Below, in pieces: positions 20,090 through 28,824 of a stretch of DNA of 64,000 nucleotides. How positions within the stretch are numbered: the stretch's first letter is position 1; the number at the start of each line of letters is the position of its first letter. The notes beneath the pieces are model-generated. The model did not search any database. It saw only the letters and a program-made list of their open reading frames with translations, and had not been told where the DNA came from. Origin of the DNA: Rhodospirillaceae bacterium (GTDB lineage: Bacteria; Pseudomonadota; Alphaproteobacteria; GCA-2731375); the NCBI GenBank assembly GCA_018701215.1, contig JABIWH010000012.1, positions 3,164-67,163 on the forward strand, given 5' to 3'. Both the position numbers and the translations under genes were made by a program.

Positions 20090-20626
20090 ATGGTAGATCT
20101 CGATATCCCGCAAAATTCGGCGTCATCTGACTACAGGGGTGAGGTTCACAAATTGAATGATTATTGGATTGATATTGCAAGAATTCTGATACCGGGCGCA
20201 CTGATCGCGACTTTATCAGCGATTATCACAGTAAAACTCGCAATTCGTCGGTTTCACGAAGAAAAGTGGTGGGAAAAAAAGGAAGCCGCTTATACGAGTC
20301 TCTTTGAGGTAATGCACCGACTTAAGAATTACGCCGTACAACACTATGAGCAAGAACTCGATCCGGGGAGCTTCTCCAAAGAATATATGAAAGAACTTGA
20401 AGTCGAATGGCAAAAGGCAAGTCGTGAATATGCGAAGCTGCGCGATCTGGCTTCATTTCACCTCAGCGACGGCGCCCTCGCAGTTCTTGAAAAATTTGAC
20501 AATCAGAAGCAAAAAGCTCGAAATAAATTCGACCTATTTCTTTGGATCGAGGGAGACCTTGAGGCTGTGACTGAATGCCTCGAACAACTTAAGTTAGCCG
20601 CAAAAAAGGACCTCAAAGTGCGTTGA
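20090..20626 (+). CDS. hypothetical small membrane-anchored protein (low-GC island)
   Basis: 178 aa with one N-terminal TM helix (IARILIPGALIATLSAIITVKLAI), followed by a charged helical domain. GC is about 45% against ~65% background. A TTG start at 20153 with a GTGAGG RBS is an alternative. Confidence 0.55.
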   Translation: MVDLDIPQNSASSDYRGEVHKLNDYWIDIARILIPGALIATLSAIITVKLAIRRFHEEKWWEKKEAAYTSLFEVMHRLKNYAVQHYEQELDPGSFSKEYMKELEVEWQKASREYAKLRDLASFHLSDGALAVLEKFDNQKQKARNKFDLFLWIEGDLEAVTECLEQLKLAAKKDLKVR

Positions 20627-20801
20627 ATTCATTCTTTTGGGCTGCTGCTACATTTGTTGCCGCAATCCAGAATTCGCACTTCATTTGACGTCGCATTCCA
20701 GATTTCGGGCGATTGATTGCATTGCCCTATCCAGTTCGCGTATAGGGTGGCCTAGGTGCGCTTACATCCGGTGCCAATGCATCAAAGGACAGGTGGGTAC
20801 G

Positions 20802-21797
20802 ATGAAATTCAAGCAACGCACACTTATGCAAATCGCTGATATGATCTGCGGGAATCTTGAGGGAGAAAAAAATCTCTTTCGATATCGAAGCAGTAGTTAT
20901 CTGACGGAATTTTTCCAAGACTGCGATACCGATTATGAGCATGATGGTTCGACGCGCAAGTATTGGGTCGCAGACACACTTTTGAAAATTCTATCTGAAC
21001 CAAACCTCAACGCAAATACGCCTACAGAAACGTTCTCGCGTGTCATTCAGACTCTCATGGATCAAGGAGATGCCGAAAACGAGAATAAGGAGCGAGAGGG
21101 CGCATTGGTCCTGCTAAACACGGCACTCGCCCGCGAGGGCTTTGAAGCCTTTTACGCGCCCGATAAGCAATGCTACTTGCGCCACATTGCGACAAACACG
21201 ATTGTGAGGACCTCACCCAACCCCCATCGTCCTTTTTCAGAGGCGGAAATCATCCAGCGGGAGCTACTAATCGCTTATCTCAACGACGCCTCAGAAGATG
21301 AGTTGATTGAAGAGGTTTTATTGCCCCTCTTTCGCCACCTTGGTTTTCATCGCGTGACGTCTGCCGGGCACAAAGATAAGGCCCTGGAGTACGGCAAAGA
21401 TGTTTGGATGAGGTTTACTTTGCCTACGCAGCACGTTCTTTATTTTGGCATTCAAGCTAAGAAGGGGAAACTGGACGCATCTGGCACAAGCAAAGCGACA
21501 AACGTGAACGTTGCCGAAATCCATAATCAGGTAACGATGATGCTAGGGCATGAGATTTTCGACCCGGAGATCGGCAAGCGCGTCCTAGTTGATCATGCAT
21601 TCATTGTGGCGGGCGGAGAGATCACTAAAGCAGCGCGTAATTGGCTTGGAAATAAGTTGGATGCCACGAAGCGAAGCCAGATCATGTTCATGGACCGAAA
21701 CGACATTCTGGATTTATTTGTTGTCACAAATGTGCCCCTGCCCGATAGAGCCCAGCCGGATACAGCGCCAATCGACGCAGACACAATACCATTTTAA
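20802..21797 (+). CDS. Mrr-like restriction-endonuclease-fold (PD-(D/E)xK) domain protein with uncharacterised N-terminal domain
   Basis: The C-terminal ~150 aa match the Mrr catalytic-domain pattern (LFRHLGFHRVT...GKDVWM...YFGIQAKKGK...IVAGGEITKAARNW). The start at 20802 has an AGGTGGG RBS, and the track's N-terminal extension is rejected. The region is low-GC. Confidence 0.6.
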   Translation: MKFKQRTLMQIADMICGNLEGEKNLFRYRSSSYLTEFFQDCDTDYEHDGSTRKYWVADTLLKILSEPNLNANTPTETFSRVIQTLMDQGDAENENKEREGALVLLNTALAREGFEAFYAPDKQCYLRHIATNTIVRTSPNPHRPFSEAEIIQRELLIAYLNDASEDELIEEVLLPLFRHLGFHRVTSAGHKDKALEYGKDVWMRFTLPTQHVLYFGIQAKKGKLDASGTSKATNVNVAEIHNQVTMMLGHEIFDPEIGKRVLVDHAFIVAGGEITKAARNWLGNKLDATKRSQIMFMDRNDILDLFVVTNVPLPDRAQPDTAPIDADTIPF

Positions 21798-22099
21798 CAA
21801 TTGCAACAGGTCAATAGAAGAAAAGGAAGAAATTAGATCCTGTCTTGAATTTTGAGTTTTTGGGGCAAATTCCGGACAAATTTACGCCGCGCGGCATGGC
21901 AATATCGAGATAAAACACCAACTGCGAACAGGATGGTTCGGGGAACATGTCGCGGACCACATTATTCGGCAAAATTTAGCAATAATTTACCTCCCTCGGC
22001 CATTATATCGCCGTCACCGGGTCGGCTTGCGCTAATTGTTGATGGCCCTCCCGGCGCCAGTTATCCGCGTACGTTGCGCGGCGACGGAGGAAAGTGTGA

Positions 22100-23038
22100 A
22101 TGACGGACAAGTCTGAATCGGCTGGAACAAGCAGTATCGAGGCGGCAAAGGACGCGGTCGAACAAATTGGCCTGCCCAGCCTGAATATTCTGGTGGTGGA
22201 GGATTACCCGCTCAACCAGGAAGTCATCTCGGCCATGCTGGGCCATCTGGGGCACCGGATCGATATCGCTGAAGATGGTCTGGAGGCCGTCTCGGCGGTG
22301 CTGCGGTTCCGCTATGACATGATCCTGATGGACATCCATATGCCGAAGATGGACGGCAATACCGCCGCCCGCCGCATCCGCTCGTTACCCCGGCCCGAAG
22401 GCGATATTCCCATTATTGCCCTGACCGCCGATGCCTCAATGGAGCAACAGAAACAATGCCTTGCTTCGGGCATGAACGATTATTTGACCAAGCCGATCAT
22501 CCTGCCGGAACTGCTGCAAGCGATGGCCCGGTGCCTGGCGCAGGGGAAAACCCCTGATAGCGGCCGCGGCACACAGCCGGCTGGCGCGAATACGAAAACT
22601 GATTTCGCGCCGGGGTCCGAGGTCGGCACAATCTCCACCCCGGCCTCCGATCCAAAGATGGACCCCGACGTCGTGGTGAAATTCGCCGCCATGGTGGGCT
22701 GGGAGACGGTCACGCAACTGTTGGAAACCTTGGAAAAAGACTTTCCCGAACACCGCAAAATTATTACCCAGGCCGCCGAAATGGGTGAAATCGAAGTGCT
22801 GCGGCGGCAAATCCAGGCCCTAAACGGTGTTCTCAGCCAGTTCGGCGCAACAAAAGTGCAGGAAACCGCGAACGTCGTCGAAACCCTATGCAAGGCGGAC
22901 TTCGGCGCTACAGCGATTGACCTGATACCGCAGTTCCTGAATTTATGCAGCGCTTCCATTGCTGACCTACGCCAGGTCGTCAACGCGGAGGCGCCGGACC
23001 ACGGCCACGGCGATACGGCCGCGCCTCTCTCGATGTAG
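22100..23038 (+). CDS. response regulator receiver protein with C-terminal Hpt-like domain
   Basis: CheY-like REC domain (VVEDYP, ILMDIHMP, ALTA, LTKP), then a helical domain matching the Hpt pattern except that the phospho-His position is Gln (IQALNGVLSQFGA). Confidence 0.75.
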   Translation: MTDKSESAGTSSIEAAKDAVEQIGLPSLNILVVEDYPLNQEVISAMLGHLGHRIDIAEDGLEAVSAVLRFRYDMILMDIHMPKMDGNTAARRIRSLPRPEGDIPIIALTADASMEQQKQCLASGMNDYLTKPIILPELLQAMARCLAQGKTPDSGRGTQPAGANTKTDFAPGSEVGTISTPASDPKMDPDVVVKFAAMVGWETVTQLLETLEKDFPEHRKIITQAAEMGEIEVLRRQIQALNGVLSQFGATKVQETANVVETLCKADFGATAIDLIPQFLNLCSASIADLRQVVNAEAPDHGHGDTAAPLSM

Positions 23039-23057
23039 AGCGTTTCCGCCGGCGCTA

Positions 23058-23155
23058 GAGCAATTTTCAATTAATCGGAATCGCTCTCGCGACGTAAGTA
23101 ATTGGTTCAATTGCCCGATTCTTAAGAGTCCGAGCGCATTTTTTTCGAATGCGCG
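23058..23155. repeat. conserved palindromic intergenic element, copy A
   Basis: ~95 nt nearly identical to the elements at 53701 and 54094 (GAGCAATTTT.GATTAATC..TCGCTYTCGCGAC..AATTR.TTCAATTGC..TCTTAAGAGTCCGAGCGC). It lies between the convergent ends of the response-regulator and MFS genes. Confidence 0.7.
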
Positions 23156-24499
23156 CTAGTCCTGGCTCTCCATATCGTCGACCAGCTCTGCGAAGCTTTC
23201 CTGCACCGCATCGGCATCGGTATCCGAGGCAGTGACGATTTCCTCCAATTCGATATCCGGGTTCATTGCCACGCTCATCGGCGTCGGGGCCATGGCGACG
23301 AAATCGCCCATATCTTCCGACGCCACCGCCTCGCGCCGCAGGCTGCGCCAGATGGCGAACAGACAGAGCAGCGCCATGGCGCCCGCGATGGTGTAAAAAA
23401 AACCTTTCGGCCCTGCCAGATCCATGGCCAGGGCCGCGATGGGCGCGCCTAAAGCCGAGCCCACCGAGGCGACCAACACCAGGGCACCGCTGGCCGCCAC
23501 CATCTGACTGGGGTTGAGATAGTCGTTGGTATGCGCTGTACAGAGCGCATACAGCGGCGTCGAAAGACCGCCGATCAAGGCGATCACCAGATAGGCCGAC
23601 CAGCTGGCACCGATACCATTGCTCGCCACATCCCCGCCGAAGCCGCCCGCAAAGTTTGGCGCGATAACGGCAACGGCCGCACCGGCCGCGCAGGTTGCGA
23701 TGATGACCCAACGCCGCCCGATAACGTCGGAGGCTTTTCCCAAGGGATATTGCAAAAAGACGCCGCCGAGAACCAAGGCCCCCATGAAAAGCGAGATCTG
23801 TCCCACCGAAAGGCCGATTTCGGCGGCATAAACGGCCCCCATACCGAACACCGCACCCATCATGACACCGTTCATGAACATGCCGGAGACCCCCAGGGGC
23901 GAGACCTGGAACAGCTGACGAATGCCGACATTTTCCGAAGTGTTGAATTCCGGCGCCCGGCTGACCGAGAGCAGAATGGGAATGACGGCGATGGAGACCA
24001 GGACGGAAATCAGCACGAACAATTCGTACGATGAAGGCGCGGCGATGTTCAGCATGAATTGTCCCCCCGCCATGCCGCCCAGGGAGATCAACATATAGAA
24101 GCTGAGCAGTTGCCCACGGGTTTCATTTTCCGAGGCGTCGTTGAGCCAGCTTTCCGCCACGATATACAACCCCGCGTAGGCGATACCGGTCACGCAGCGC
24201 ATAAGCCACCAAACCCAGGGGTCAATGATCACCGCATGCAGCAGGATCGAGGTAGAGGCCAATGACGCCATGGCACCGAAACTGCGGACATGGCCGACCC
24301 TGGTGACGATTTTCGGCACGATCGTGGCGCCGACCAGCATGCCGATGAAATATCCCGACATCACCAATCCGGTAGTGGTGACGCCAAAGCCTTCCATGGA
24401 AGCGCGCAAGCCCAGCAACGAGCCCTGCAAGCCATTGCCCAGCATGATCAGGCCAAGGCCCAGAAACAATGCCCAACTATCGGAGATTACCCGTAGCAC
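23156..24499 (-). CDS. MFS transporter
   Basis: 447 aa with ~12 predicted TM helices and an acidic C-terminal tail. Confidence 0.85.
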   Translation of the reverse strand: MLRVISDSWALFLGLGLIMLGNGLQGSLLGLRASMEGFGVTTTGLVMSGYFIGMLVGATIVPKIVTRVGHVRSFGAMASLASTSILLHAVIIDPWVWWLMRCVTGIAYAGLYIVAESWLNDASENETRGQLLSFYMLISLGGMAGGQFMLNIAAPSSYELFVLISVLVSIAVIPILLSVSRAPEFNTSENVGIRQLFQVSPLGVSGMFMNGVMMGAVFGMGAVYAAEIGLSVGQISLFMGALVLGGVFLQYPLGKASDVIGRRWVIIATCAAGAAVAVIAPNFAGGFGGDVASNGIGASWSAYLVIALIGGLSTPLYALCTAHTNDYLNPSQMVAASGALVLVASVGSALGAPIAALAMDLAGPKGFFYTIAGAMALLCLFAIWRSLRREAVASEDMGDFVAMAPTPMSVAMNPDIELEEIVTASDTDADAVQESFAELVDDMESQD

Positions 24500-24588
24500 C
24501 CTGCATCACCTCATGGAGCTGTCGAAATTTAGCGGTCGAAGCTGGCGCCAGATAAAACCCATGGAAACACGCGGATCGTCGCCGCGCC

Positions 24589-25470
24589 TTATTTTGCCAG
24601 ATGTTTCCGCACGTGATCCAGGAATACATCCAACCTATCATGATGGGCCCAGTGGCCGGCGCCTTCGATGGCGGCGACGGAGGCGTTCTGGAAACTTTCC
24701 AGGCGGCCGTCCTGGGCCGGGTCCGTGGCCCAGCTTTCCGTACCGCGAACCAGTAACGTCGGGCAGGTAATGCGCGACCATAGATGGCGCACATCGTCCG
24801 TGGTCAAGCCATAGGGGCGAAAAATGCGCACATAGTTGTCGAACTTCCAACTATAGGTGCCGTCCTCGTTCTGGGTGGCGCCATGCACGGTCAAATGCCG
24901 GGCCTGTTCCTCGGTCAAATGAGGATTCTCTTCCTGCATCCGCCGAAAGGCATCTTCCAGGGAGGCATAGCGCCGGGGCGTGCGGCCCGACAATTTTTTC
25001 AATTCCTCGGCCCATTCGTTCAGGCGGGTATCGATGGTCTTGCCGGCATTCTTGGCCAGATTGGCGGGCGATGAACCCAAACCTTCAATAGCCGTGATGC
25101 TTTTGACGCTGTCGGGGTACAGACCGGCATATTGCAAACTGATCATGCCGCCCAGGGAATGGCTGAGGATGGTCACCGGGGCCATGTTCTTTTGTTGCAC
25201 CAGGTGGGCGATATCGTAGACATATTCGGGCATGGTATAGCTGCCGCCCATGCTCCATTGGCTATCGCCGTGGCCGCGCAGATCCGGCGCGATGATGTGA
25301 TATTCATCGCGGAAGGCCTCCGCCACCCAGTCCCAGTTGCGGCAATGATCCCGGCCGCCATGCACCAACAGCATGGGCGGCGCGCCCTCGTTGCCCCAGT
25401 CCACGTAATGCAGACGCAGGCGTTGCGAGAAATAAACGTGGCTGGCGGGACCGGAAGTGATTGCTGGCAA
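24589..25470 (-). CDS. alpha/beta-fold hydrolase
   Basis: HGG oxyanion motif (LLVHGGRDH), nucleophile elbow GHSLGG and a C-terminal His. Confidence 0.85.
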   Translation of the reverse strand: MPAITSGPASHVYFSQRLRLHYVDWGNEGAPPMLLVHGGRDHCRNWDWVAEAFRDEYHIIAPDLRGHGDSQWSMGGSYTMPEYVYDIAHLVQQKNMAPVTILSHSLGGMISLQYAGLYPDSVKSITAIEGLGSSPANLAKNAGKTIDTRLNEWAEELKKLSGRTPRRYASLEDAFRRMQEENPHLTEEQARHLTVHGATQNEDGTYSWKFDNYVRIFRPYGLTTDDVRHLWSRITCPTLLVRGTESWATDPAQDGRLESFQNASVAAIEGAGHWAHHDRLDVFLDHVRKHLAK

Positions 25471-25500
25471 AGTTTTATCCCCTAATTTTTAGCAGTTAGC

Positions 25501-26523
25501 TCAGGCGGCTTTTTTCAAGTACCGCGAGACCAAGGTCTCGGCGATCTGCACCGCGTTCAGGGCCGCGCCCTTGCGCAGGTTGTCCGAGACCACCCAAACA
25601 TTCAGACCATTTTCAACGGTCGGATCAACGCGGATACGTGAAATAAACGTCGCGTATTCGCCGACGCATTCCACCGGCGTGATATAGCCGCCCGGCTCAC
25701 GCTTATCCACGACCATGCAGCCCGGCGCCTCGCGCAGGATGTCACGCGCCTCGTCATCATCAATCGGGCGCTCGAATTCTATATTCACCGCCTCGGCATG
25801 ACCGACAAAGGTGGGCACCCGCACGCAGGTCGCGGTCAGTTTGATGGCCGGGTCCAAGATCTTCTTGGTCTCGGCCGTCATCTTCCATTCTTCCTTGGTA
25901 TCCCCGTCATCCATGAAGACATCGATCTCCGGGATCACGTTGAAGGCGATCTGCTTGGGGAATTCCCGCGGGCTGGGTTGATCGTTGACGTAGATACCCT
26001 TGGTCTGAATGAACAGCTCGTCCATGGCCTCCCGCCCGCCACCGGAGGTGCTTTGATAGGTGGCGACCACCACGCGCTTGATCTTGGCCCGGTCATGCAA
26101 AGGCTTCAACGCCACCACCAGCTGCGCGGTGGAGCAATTGGGATTGGCGATGATATTGCGCTGGTCATAGCCGGCCAGATCACCTGGATTGACCTCAGGC
26201 ACCACCAGGGGGACATCGGGGTCCATGCGGAAGGCGGACGAATTGTCGATCACCACACAACCGGCCTGAGCCGCCACCGGGCCCCATTTGCGGCTGACGT
26301 CGCCGCCGGCCGAAAACAAAGCGATATCCACGGTAGAGAAATCGAAGGTATCGAGAGCTTTAACTTTCAAGGTCTTCTCGCCATACATCGCATCCCGGCC
26401 AGCCGAACGGGTCGAGGCCAAAGGCACGACTTCATCCGCCGGAAACGTCCGTTCATGCAAAATATTCAACATCTCCCGGCCCACGTTGCCCGTGGCGCCG
26501 ACGACCGCGATCTTGAAACCCAT
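25501..26523 (-). CDS. asd: aspartate-semialdehyde dehydrogenase
   Basis: N-terminal NAD-binding AVVGATGNVG and the conserved Asd core. The start is set at MGFKIAV..., which has an AAGGAATGAG RBS. Confidence 0.9.
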   Translation of the reverse strand: MGFKIAVVGATGNVGREMLNILHERTFPADEVVPLASTRSAGRDAMYGEKTLKVKALDTFDFSTVDIALFSAGGDVSRKWGPVAAQAGCVVIDNSSAFRMDPDVPLVVPEVNPGDLAGYDQRNIIANPNCSTAQLVVALKPLHDRAKIKRVVVATYQSTSGGGREAMDELFIQTKGIYVNDQPSPREFPKQIAFNVIPEIDVFMDDGDTKEEWKMTAETKKILDPAIKLTATCVRVPTFVGHAEAVNIEFERPIDDDEARDILREAPGCMVVDKREPGGYITPVECVGEYATFISRIRVDPTVENGLNVWVVSDNLRKGAALNAVQIAETLVSRYLKKAA

Positions 26524-26615
26524 GGCACTCATTCCTTGTTTCAACAAGATTCGAAAAGGTGTTCGAAAAGGGGCGCATCAATAGCGCCAAACCGAGCTTA
26601 TTTTCAAGTGGTTAA

Positions 26616-27527
26616 TCAAGCAACGCTGACACGGTTTGCCTCCACCCCGACCTCTGCCAATACCCAGTCGCGAAAGGCGCGAACCTTGGGGTGATCCAGG
26701 GCGCGGGCGGGATAAACCATATAGTAGGCATATTCCGCCGGCAGCCCCAGCTCAAAGGGCTTTACCAAGCGGCCGCTGGCCAGGTCGTCGCTGATCAGCG
26801 CGCTGCGGGCCAACGCGATGCCCTGGCCGGCCACGGCGGCATCAATCACCAGCGCCGATAGGTTATAGCCCGGCCCCCGGTCTGGATCGACACCTTCCAC
26901 ACCCGCCGCCAGCAGCCAAATCCGCCATGTCTCGCGCATATCGTCATGCAACAGGGTGTGATGGCGCAGGTCGTCCGGATGGCGCAGGGGATGCGGCCCA
27001 TTTAACAGCTCCGGGCTGCAAACCGGAAATACATCCTCGGTCATAAGCGCAACGACTTCCACGCCGGGCCAATGGCCGTCGCCGTAGCGGATCGCCAGAT
27101 CGACATCATCACGGGCGAAATCGACGATTTCATCGCCGGCTGAAACCCGTACATCGATGTCGGGCTGCAGGGCGCGAAAACGCCCCAGGCGCGGCACCAG
27201 CCAGGCGGACGCGAATGAGGCCAGGGTGGAGACGGTCAAAACACCGCTGTCCTGGCGCTTGGTCAGGCGGTCCGTGGCGGCGGCCAGCAGATCCAGGCAT
27301 TCGCGCACCGCAACCAAATAGTTCTGGCCATTCTCGGTCAGGACAATCGCCCGGCCACGGCGGCGAAACAGCACCAGGCCCAGCCATTGCTCCAACGCCT
27401 TGACCTGATGGCTGATCGCCGCCTGGGTTACGTGCAATTCCTTGCCCGCGCGGGTGAAGCTCAACTGCCGCGCCGCCGCCTCGAAGGCACGCAGGGCATT
27501 TAGGGGCGGAAGCTTTCGATCAGCCAT
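26616..27527 (-). CDS. LysR family transcriptional regulator (GcvA-like)
   Basis: N-terminal HTH (LNALRAFEAAARQLSFTRAGKELHVTQAAISHQVKALE) plus a LysR substrate-binding domain. Confidence 0.9.
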   Translation of the reverse strand: MADRKLPPLNALRAFEAAARQLSFTRAGKELHVTQAAISHQVKALEQWLGLVLFRRRGRAIVLTENGQNYLVAVRECLDLLAAATDRLTKRQDSGVLTVSTLASFASAWLVPRLGRFRALQPDIDVRVSAGDEIVDFARDDVDLAIRYGDGHWPGVEVVALMTEDVFPVCSPELLNGPHPLRHPDDLRHHTLLHDDMRETWRIWLLAAGVEGVDPDRGPGYNLSALVIDAAVAGQGIALARSALISDDLASGRLVKPFELGLPAEYAYYMVYPARALDHPKVRAFRDWVLAEVGVEANRVSVA

Positions 27528-27542
27528 TAATATCTCATTAAT

Positions 27543-27561
27543 TCATTAGATTATCTAATGA
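27543..27561. promoter_or_regulatory. perfect 9-1-9 palindrome TCATTAGAT-T-ATCTAATGA, candidate LysR-type operator
   Basis: Seen directly in the AT-rich divergent intergenic region between the LysR gene and the DUF1127 gene. It has a T-N11-A-like architecture. Confidence 0.5.
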
Positions 27562-27653
27562 TATATATGAAAAACACTCGTTTGTCATCTTCGTGATTTA
27601 CGGCTATATCCTGCTGTACAAGATAACCAATACGCCACGAAAGGAGCATTGCC

Positions 27654-27857
27654 ATGATACGGGCCTTACCGATTACGATTAGAGAAATTGACCTTGGAGT
27701 TATGCTGATGAATGTCGCCAGAACGTTCTATCAATGGCAGGTTCGGGCCGAGCAGCGCCAGCGCCTGGGGGAGCTGGGTCAACATGCCCTCAACGACATG
27801 GGGATTTCACGCAGCCAGGCCAAGGCGGAAGCCCGCAAGCCTTTCTTCTGGAATTAA
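27654..27857 (+). CDS. DUF1127 domain small protein
   Basis: 67 aa with the C-terminal LGELGQHALNDMGISRSQA motif typical of DUF1127. It has an AAAGGAG RBS and is divergent from the LysR regulator. Confidence 0.7.
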   Translation: MIRALPITIREIDLGVMLMNVARTFYQWQVRAEQRQRLGELGQHALNDMGISRSQAKAEARKPFFWN

Positions 27858-27975
27858 CCGCAGAACAACCAGTACGGCGATTCAACATTAGTTGGATCGC
27901 CGTTCGGATTCAGGCTGCACGCGGGCCAGTGAAGGGCTATTCTCTCTGCACATGATTCTGCGGGAGGAGACGGCA

Positions 27976-28818
27976 ATGTTTTCGAGGCACAGATGGCTTG
28001 ATACGGGACTCGGCACGGGCTTGATCATTTTGCTGGCGGCGGCCTCGGCGAATGCCGGCAGCAAGGGCGGCATGTACGACATGAGTTCGATGATCAACGA
28101 AGCCCATCCCTTCGCCGTCCCCAGCTATAACCGCGCGCCAGGCACCATGGCGCCTGCACCAGCCATGCGTCCCATCGCTCCGCCCTCGCCCACTTTGCGC
28201 TACACCCCACCACCACCACCCGTGGCACAAGCCAGTGCCAGCGGTTCGGCACCCTACCGGCCCTTTGGCGACATCGTGGCCGGCGACTGGTTCAGCCGCT
28301 TCTATATCGCCGCCGGCGGCGGCTTGCATTTGCAAAGCGATCTGGACGGCAGCACCGCCGGCGCCTCGTACAGTATTGAATTTGATCCGGGCTTCACCAT
28401 GCATGGCGCCCTGGGCACCTATCTGGGCCGGGACTTCCGCATAGAAGGGGAACTTGCCTATCGCATGGCCGAATATGACCAGGGCACGGCCGGCGGCGCG
28501 ACAAGCATGCCAACCGGCGATCTGAAAATGGCCACGGGCATGGCCAATGTCTACTACGACGTGCACCTGGGCTCGTCCTTCGTGCCGTACGTTGGCGGCG
28601 GCCTTGGCATCGCGCAAATAGAAAGCACCGCCGCGACCATTGGCGGCGTCACGGCCGCAGCCAAGGATGCCACGGAATTCGCTTATCAAGCCATCATTGG
28701 TGTCACTTATGAATACGACCGCAGCTGGAGTTTGGGCCTGGACGCCCGCTATATCGGCACCGCCGACGAAGATGTCTCCGCCACCGCCATTACGTTGAAC
28801 GTGCGCTACAGTCTGTAA
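27976..28818 (+). CDS. outer-membrane beta-barrel protein (Omp25/RopB-like porin family)
   Basis: Signal peptide (MFSRHRWLDTGLGTGLIILLAAASANA), a Pro-rich linker, then alternating amphipathic beta-strands ending in the aromatic-rich ...ITLNVRYSL. GGAGGAG RBS. Confidence 0.75.
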   Translation: MFSRHRWLDTGLGTGLIILLAAASANAGSKGGMYDMSSMINEAHPFAVPSYNRAPGTMAPAPAMRPIAPPSPTLRYTPPPPPVAQASASGSAPYRPFGDIVAGDWFSRFYIAAGGGLHLQSDLDGSTAGASYSIEFDPGFTMHGALGTYLGRDFRIEGELAYRMAEYDQGTAGGATSMPTGDLKMATGMANVYYDVHLGSSFVPYVGGGLGIAQIESTAATIGGVTAAAKDATEFAYQAIIGVTYEYDRSWSLGLDARYIGTADEDVSATAITLNVRYSL

Positions 28819-28824
28819 GGAGGC

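Noticed and set aside
20637-20801. N-terminal 55-codon extension of the Mrr-like ORF (MGCCYICCRNPEF...)
   Set aside because: It is Cys/Arg-rich and low-complexity. The good AGGTGGG RBS sits before the internal ATG at 20802.
21852-22103. 83-aa ORF in the right-hand part of the low-GC island
   Set aside because: It is Arg/Pro-rich with no RBS and overlaps the response-regulator start, so it is probably non-coding island flank.
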